In this document: positions 34,566 through 39,603 of the stretch, piece after piece
How the letters are laid out: every line of letters begins with the position of its first letter
How positions within the stretch are numbered: position 1 is the stretch's first letter
DNA from: Actinobacteria bacterium UBA7398
GTDB lineage: Bacteria; Actinomycetota; Actinomycetes; Nanopelagicales; Nanopelagicaceae
DNA length: 39,603 nucleotides
Direction of reading: 5' to 3'
Assembly (NCBI GenBank): GCA_002470135.1
Contig: DKNC01000067.1
Location: forward strand, 18,836-58,438
Translations under genes and position numbers: made by a program
The notes under the pieces: generated by a model
What the model was told of the DNA's origin: nothing
What the model saw: only the letters and a program-made list of their open reading frames with translations
Databases searched by the model: none

Positions 34566-36146
34566 ATGCAAATGTCCGCCAGCGCCGAAAAGTCGTTCTA
34601 TCTAACGACTCCAATTTATTATGTAAACGATGCGCCACATATCGGTCATGCCTACACAACGGTGGCGGGTGATGTACTTACTCGTTGGCATAGACAACGG
34701 GGCGAAAGCGTATGGTTCCTAACCGGAACTGATGAGCATGGTCAGAAAGTTATGCGGACTGCCGAAGCTAACAATGTAAAGCCACAAGATTGGTGTGATC
34801 GGTTAGTAAAAGAAGCTTGGATACCAAATTGGAAAGCGCTTCACATCGCAAACGATGATTTCATTAGAACTACCGAAGAACGACATGAAGTTAGAGTGCA
34901 ACGCTTTCTACAGGGACTGATGGAAGCTGGGTTCATTTATGAAGCTAAATATGAGGGCCCTTATTGCGTAGGTTGTGAGGAATTTAAATTACCTGGTGAT
35001 TTAATCGAAGGAAAATGTCCAATTCATTCCAAACCAGTTGAAATGTTAAGCGAGACTAATTGGTTCTTTAAGCTCTCCGCATTTGTCACACCACTTTTGG
35101 AGCGCTACAAGAATCATCCTGAAACTTGCGAGCCGACCTCAGCCCGAAACGAAGTAATCGCATTCCTTGAAGGCGGCGTAACTGATTTATCAATATCTCG
35201 TTCCACATTTGATTGGGGAATTCAAGTTCCTTGGGACAAGTCGCAAGTTGTCTATGTTTGGTTTGATGCGCTATTAAATTACGCAACTGCGGTTGGATTG
35301 GGCGATCCCGCAGATTCAGTTGGCGGAAAACAATTTGCAAAAACTTGGCCCGCAGATGTCCATTTGGTCGGAAAAGATATTCTCCGATTCCACGCCGTAA
35401 TTTGGCCAGCGATGTTGATGGCAGCAGGGCTACAACCGCCTAAGAAAGTTTTTGCTCACGGATGGCTTTTAGTAGGTGGCGAAAAAATGAGCAAGAGCAA
35501 ATTAACTGGAATCGCGCCAAGTGACATCACTGATCATTTTGGTGTGGATGCATTCCGTTACTACTTCTTACGTGCAATTCCATTTGGCAGTGATGGATCT
35601 TTCTCTTGGGAAGATATGTCAGCTCGATATACCAGCGAATTAGCTAATGATTTTGGCAATCTAGCCTCTCGTTTAGCCGCAATGGTTGAGAAATATTGTG
35701 CTGGTGTATTGCCGGCAATTGCAAAAGAACCAACACTTGAAGATGCGCTAACTAAAACTGTAATTACCGCGGATAACGCAATTTGTGCGTTAGATTTTCA
35801 AAGTGGAATTAGCGCCATCTTGGATTTTTGCAAGCGAGTAAATGGTTATGTAACTGAGAAAGAGCCATGGATATTGGCTAAAGATGATTTGCGCCGTAGC
35901 GAGTTAGAAGCTGTGTTGTATAACACCGCCGAATCGCTACGAGCGCTTGCTGTATTACTCCATCCGATAATGCCAATTTCTACTGAAGCGCTTTGGGTTT
36001 CACTCGGCGCAGAAAGTACGCTTGGAAAATTATCAGAACAAAAAATTGGCGAAGTTTCTAATTGGGGCCAACTAAAACCTGGCACGACAATTTCAAAGGG
36101 AGCAATTCTCTTCCCGCGATTACCAGATGTAGAAACAAATGGCTGA
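34566..36146 (+). CDS. metG: Methionine--tRNA ligase
   Basis: HIGH motif (APHIGHAYT), KMSKS motif (GGEKMSKSK) and zinc-knuckle region CVGCEEF...CPIH. Confidence 0.96.
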   Translation: MQMSASAEKSFYLTTPIYYVNDAPHIGHAYTTVAGDVLTRWHRQRGESVWFLTGTDEHGQKVMRTAEANNVKPQDWCDRLVKEAWIPNWKALHIANDDFIRTTEERHEVRVQRFLQGLMEAGFIYEAKYEGPYCVGCEEFKLPGDLIEGKCPIHSKPVEMLSETNWFFKLSAFVTPLLERYKNHPETCEPTSARNEVIAFLEGGVTDLSISRSTFDWGIQVPWDKSQVVYVWFDALLNYATAVGLGDPADSVGGKQFAKTWPADVHLVGKDILRFHAVIWPAMLMAAGLQPPKKVFAHGWLLVGGEKMSKSKLTGIAPSDITDHFGVDAFRYYFLRAIPFGSDGSFSWEDMSARYTSELANDFGNLASRLAAMVEKYCAGVLPAIAKEPTLEDALTKTVITADNAICALDFQSGISAILDFCKRVNGYVTEKEPWILAKDDLRRSELEAVLYNTAESLRALAVLLHPIMPISTEALWVSLGAESTLGKLSEQKIGEVSNWGQLKPGTTISKGAILFPRLPDVETNG

Positions 36147-36999
36147 CCGGCACAATCGCGATATCGATAGACCATCCGCGAAGCTGCCGGAACCGCTCGG
36201 AGTAACTTGCGTAGATTCACACGCCCACTTGGAATTGATTGATCAGGGTAAAGCCGCAACTGACCCAAGCATCGGTGAAGTATTAGCGCTTGCAAAGAGC
36301 GTTGGGATTGATCGAGTTGTTCAAGTTGGTTATTCAGCAGAGCAATCTAAATGGTCGGTCGAGTGTGCAGAATTTTGGAGCGATACCGTTTTGGCAGCAG
36401 TTGCTCTTCACCCAAACGAAGCACCAGTTGTTTCAGATTTAGAAGCCGATTTAAAAATTATCGATGAATTAGCAGGACGAGAACGAGTTCGCGCTATTGG
36501 TGAAACCGGTTTGGATTTCTTTCGAACGCCGCCAGAACTTCGCGACCTCCAGAAATACTCATTTCGCAGACATATCGAGATAGCGAAACGCCATAAAAAA
36601 GCATTGGTAATTCATGATCGCGATTCCCATCGGGAAGTTTTAGATGTACTAAAAGAAGAAGGTGCTCCGGAATTAACGGTTTTTCATTGCTATTCCGGGG
36701 ATACAGAAATGGCGCGCGAATGTATCGAGAACGGTTATTACTTATCGTTTGCAGGAACAGTTACCTTTAAAAACGCACCAGAGCTTCGCGAATCTGCAAA
36801 ATTAGTACCCGCAAATTTAATTTTAGTTGAAACCGACTCACCTTTCTTAGCTCCGATGCCAAATCGTGGCGCTCTAAATACGCCCGCACAGATTCCAAAT
36901 ACGCTACGAGCGCTAGCGCGCGAACGAGACCAAGGTTCAGATGAACTCGCTGGAATTATCAGTGCGAATTCCGAACGAGTTTTCGGCGCTTTTCGGTAA
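36139..36999 (+). CDS. tatD: TatD-family metal-dependent hydrolase/DNase
   Basis: Contains CVDSHAHL, GETGLDFF, VIHDRD, FHCYSG and ETDSPFLAP. The start overlaps the metG stop by 8 nt. Confidence 0.92.
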   Translation: MADRHNRDIDRPSAKLPEPLGVTCVDSHAHLELIDQGKAATDPSIGEVLALAKSVGIDRVVQVGYSAEQSKWSVECAEFWSDTVLAAVALHPNEAPVVSDLEADLKIIDELAGRERVRAIGETGLDFFRTPPELRDLQKYSFRRHIEIAKRHKKALVIHDRDSHREVLDVLKEEGAPELTVFHCYSGDTEMARECIENGYYLSFAGTVTFKNAPELRESAKLVPANLILVETDSPFLAPMPNRGALNTPAQIPNTLRALARERDQGSDELAGIISANSERVFGAFR

Positions 37000-37850
37000 T
37001 GGCTAATGAGATCGCGCTACTTGGCGCTACCGAAATTCGTGAAATTGCGAGCAGGTTAGAGCTGCGTCCTGCAAAATCTATGGGGCAGAACTTCGTCATT
37101 GATGGAAATAGTTGTCAGAAAATAGTCCGGGTAGCTGGCGTAACTTCAGATGATTTAGTTCTGGAGATTGGCCCAGGTTTAGGTTCGCTCTCGCTTGCGA
37201 TTTTGCAAGCCGGCGCAAAATTAGTGGCGGTTGAGATTGATAATCGACTCGCTAATGAGTTAGCAAATACTTTACGCTCGCATAATTGCGTTGCTGATAC
37301 TTTTACCGTAATAAACAAAGATGCGCTCGCAGTGGATGAACTTGGCGAATTTCCAACAAAATTAGTTGCAAACTTGCCGTATAACATTTCCGTACCAGTT
37401 CTATTACATATCTTGGCGAAGTTTCCAAGCATCACTAGCGGGGTAGTAATGGTACAAACTGAAGTTGCCGAACGATTAGCCGCTAAATCTGGAAGTAAAA
37501 TATATGGAATCCCAAGTGCGAAAGCGGCATGGTGGGCTGATTTGTCACTAGGCGGCACAATTTCTCGATCGGTATTTTGGCCAGTTCCAAATGTTGATTC
37601 AAGTTTAGTTAAATTTAATCGCCACCAGCCGCTGGGCAGCGAGGTCGAACGGAACCTAACATTTACAGTAATCGACCAAGCTTTCAGTCAGCGCCGAAAA
37701 ATGCTTCGTTCAGTTTTAGCAGATCTCTGTGGGGGCAATAGCCAAGCCGAATCTATTCTTACTGCAATTGGGATAGACCCAACGCTCCGTGGTGAATCGC
37801 TAACAATTCATGATTTCCTAAAAATAGCTATCGCTTTAGCAAAGAAATAA
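36999..37850 (+). CDS. rsmA: 16S rRNA (adenine1518/1519-N6)-dimethyltransferase
   Basis: Contains MGQNFVID, EIGPGLGSLS and ANLPYNIS. TAATG overlap with tatD. Confidence 0.95.
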   Translation: MANEIALLGATEIREIASRLELRPAKSMGQNFVIDGNSCQKIVRVAGVTSDDLVLEIGPGLGSLSLAILQAGAKLVAVEIDNRLANELANTLRSHNCVADTFTVINKDALAVDELGEFPTKLVANLPYNISVPVLLHILAKFPSITSGVVMVQTEVAERLAAKSGSKIYGIPSAKAAWWADLSLGGTISRSVFWPVPNVDSSLVKFNRHQPLGSEVERNLTFTVIDQAFSQRRKMLRSVLADLCGGNSQAESILTAIGIDPTLRGESLTIHDFLKIAIALAKK

Positions 37851-37878
37851 TTCAAGATTACTAATAGGCTTTCGTTTC

Positions 37879-38796
37879 ATGAATACCGGTGTGGTTGTCA
37901 GGGTCCCAGGAAAAATAAACCTGCAACTATCAGTTGGCCCACTTGAAAAAACTGGGTTTCATGAAGTCGCGACGGTTTTTCAAGCAGTTTCACTTTTTGA
38001 TGATGTAATCGTTAAGAGTGGTCCACCAAATGGTGGAATTGAAATAAAAATTTCAGGTGAAAATACTGACCATATTCCAGTAAATCAAAACAATTTAGCT
38101 TATAAAGCTGCAGAATTAATGGCTAAGAAATATAAAGTTTCTGCTGATTTAGCGATTCACTTAAAGAAAAATATCCCAGTTGCCGGTGGTATGGCCGGTG
38201 GCAGCGCGAATGCTGCCGGAGTCATTGTTGGGATTGATGCCATATATAACTTAGGTTTAAAACGTGATGATATGGAGAAAGTTGGGCGCGAAATTGGTAG
38301 CGATGTACCGTTCGCGATTTCTGGTGGGATTGCAATCGGTACTGGCAAAGGTGACCAGATAACGCCAGCGCTCTCTCGCGGTAATTATCACTGGGTTTTA
38401 GCGCTATCTGCTTCGGGGCTTTCAACCCCAGCTGTCTACAACGAATGCGATCGATTGCGCGAAGGAATGAGCATCATCGCGCCGAGCGTTAGTGAACCGT
38501 TAATGCAAGCACTTCGCTCTGGCGACGCTAAAGAATTGGGTAAAACGCTAAGCAATGATTTACAAGCTGCAGCGTGTTCGCTCCGACCAGCGCTTCGATT
38601 AATTCTTGATGTAGGTATGGATTATGGCGCGCTAGGTGGTTTAGTTTCGGGTTCTGGACCAACGGTTGCATTCTTAGCTGAGGATGAAGAACACTCCCTT
38701 GATTTGATTGTCGCGTTAAAAACTAGCGGCGTTGTTGGAAATGTTTTGCATGTTGGCGGCCCAGTTCATGGAGCACGAGTAATCGAAACACTTTAG
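37879..38796 (+). CDS. ispE: 4-(cytidine 5'-diphospho)-2-C-methyl-D-erythritol kinase
   Basis: Contains VPGKINLQLSVG and the GHMP kinase motif KNIPVAGGMAGGSANAAG. Confidence 0.93.
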   Translation: MNTGVVVRVPGKINLQLSVGPLEKTGFHEVATVFQAVSLFDDVIVKSGPPNGGIEIKISGENTDHIPVNQNNLAYKAAELMAKKYKVSADLAIHLKKNIPVAGGMAGGSANAAGVIVGIDAIYNLGLKRDDMEKVGREIGSDVPFAISGGIAIGTGKGDQITPALSRGNYHWVLALSASGLSTPAVYNECDRLREGMSIIAPSVSEPLMQALRSGDAKELGKTLSNDLQAAACSLRPALRLILDVGMDYGALGGLVSGSGPTVAFLAEDEEHSLDLIVALKTSGVVGNVLHVGGPVHGARVIETL

Positions 38797-39450
38797 CTAT
38801 TTCTTCTTGGTAACTTTCTTTTCTTTCTTTAATTTTTTTGAGCTAGACATTTCTGGTTTAGATTCCAAACTAGATAACCCATTCCAAGCTAAATTAACTA
38901 AGTGGGCTGCAACAACATCACGAGAGGGCCAGCGAGTATCTAGCCACCATTGCCCGGTAAGTGCGACCATCCCAACTAACATTTGGGAGTACATCGGCGC
39001 CATCTTCGGATCGAACCCACGGGCGGCAAATTCAGCGACAAAAATATTTTCTACTTCACTTGCGATATCGCTAATAAGTGTTGCAAAGGATCCAGATTGC
39101 GCGCCAACAGTTGAGTCACGCACCAATATTTGAAATCCATCGCTGCGAGTTTCAATATATGTAAGAAATGCAATCGCAGCTTGTTCGGCGCGCGCCCGAG
39201 GACGCCCAGTAGTTAGCGATGAGGTAATTAAAGTTAATAACGCCGCCATTTCGCGATCTACAACTACCGCATACAACCCTTCTTTGCCACCAAAATGTTC
39301 ATAAATAACCGGCTTAGAAACTTTGGCCGCGGCCGCGATTTCTTCAACGGTTGCACCTTCAACCCCTTTTTCGGCGAAAATTGCACGCGAGACTTCAATC
39401 AATTGCGAGCGGCGTTCCGCGCTACTCATCCGCTTACGTGGGGCGCTCAT
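38797..39450 (-). CDS. TetR-family transcriptional regulator with a lysine-rich C-terminal tail
   Basis: N-terminal HTH ATVEEIAAAAKVSKPVIYEHFGGKEGLY. The C-terminus ends SSSKKLKKEKKVTKKK. Its stop is back-to-back with the ispE stop (TAGCTA). Confidence 0.88.
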   Translation of the reverse strand: MSAPRKRMSSAERRSQLIEVSRAIFAEKGVEGATVEEIAAAAKVSKPVIYEHFGGKEGLYAVVVDREMAALLTLITSSLTTGRPRARAEQAAIAFLTYIETRSDGFQILVRDSTVGAQSGSFATLISDIASEVENIFVAEFAARGFDPKMAPMYSQMLVGMVALTGQWWLDTRWPSRDVVAAHLVNLAWNGLSSLESKPEMSSSKKLKKEKKVTKKK

Positions 39451-39528
39451 AAGCCCAACGCTACGGGTTTCTACCGATATGCAGTAACTCTGGTCGTAAA
39501 TAGGAAAAAGATGCGAGAGAATACGGGT

Positions 39529-39603
39529 TCCTCCATTGTGTAGTGGCTAGCACATGGGCCTTTGAAGCCCAGGGTCCAGGATCGATACCTGGTGGAGGAG
39601 CCA
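39529..39603 (+). tRNA. tRNA-Gln (anticodon TTG), with CCA encoded, ending at the window edge
   Basis: Acceptor TCCTCCA/TGGAGGA (U1-A72, G73, as in bacterial tRNA-Gln). D arm GTGT-AGTGGCTA-GCAC, anticodon arm TGGGC-CTTTGAA-GCCCA, 4-nt variable loop, T arm CCAGG-ATCGATA-CCTGG, then GCCA. Confidence 0.8.

Noticed and set aside
35846-36295. 149-aa antisense ORF spanning the metG/tatD junction
   Set aside because: It is opposite two well-supported overlapping genes, with no SD and no recognisable motifs. The same reasoning applies to the other antisense track ORFs, such as 21334-21663, 22226-22642, 37115-37558 and 38807-39133.
1-39603. CRISPR arrays, IS elements, toxin-antitoxin pairs, restriction-modification or other defence or mobile systems
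   Set aside because: I looked for regularly spaced repeats, terminal inverted repeats, and transposase, integrase, nuclease, helicase or methylase-like ORFs. I found none. Every ORF longer than 60 aa that is not antisense to a better gene has a housekeeping or transport-type assignment, or is discussed above.

Overview
This is a very compact stretch of actinobacterial core chromosome. By eye the GC content is in the low-to-mid 40s %, which I did not compute. I call 40 protein-coding genes and 2 tRNAs (Arg-CCU, Gln-UUG). Non-coding DNA is minimal, and many adjacent genes overlap.

Gene order from about 25.4 kb to 39.5 kb matches, from my memory, Mycobacterium tuberculosis Rv0991c-Rv1011: FmdB/Ruc-like zinc ribbon, 5-formyl-THF cyclo-ligase, MoeA-like, RimJ, membrane protein, Pmt, RsmI, MetG, TatD, KsgA, IspE. 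A low-GC freshwater actinobacterium such as the acI/Nanopelagicales type is plausible, but that is only inference without a database search.

The left half carries:
- groEL-DUF3027-csp
- two MFS transporters
- a pdxH-serC-MFS operon and citrate synthase
- a malEFG-like sugar ABC operon fused to a secreted GH13 amylase
- an esterase, a photolyase and homospermidine synthase
- a membrane GGDEF cyclase
- a Tat-exported Rieske protein and an orphan secreted protein
- an SDR plus saccharopine-dehydrogenase-fold pair
- an MMPL transporter

I see no CRISPR array, IS or transposase, integrase, prophage or recognisable defence system.

The most interesting items are:
1. A shortened MoeA-like protein with degenerate active-site motifs, sitting in a Glp/GlpR (gephyrin-like divisome) gene context.
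2. A CopC-like protein in which all three canonical Cu(II) ligands are substituted, next to a CopD/CtaG fusion. Both lie in an apparent insertion within the conserved synteny.
3. A GGDEF cyclase directly upstream of homospermidine synthase, with a structured spacer between them.
4. A near-total lack of room for terminators at convergent gene junctions.

All functional calls rest on motif recognition by eye and have not been checked against databases.
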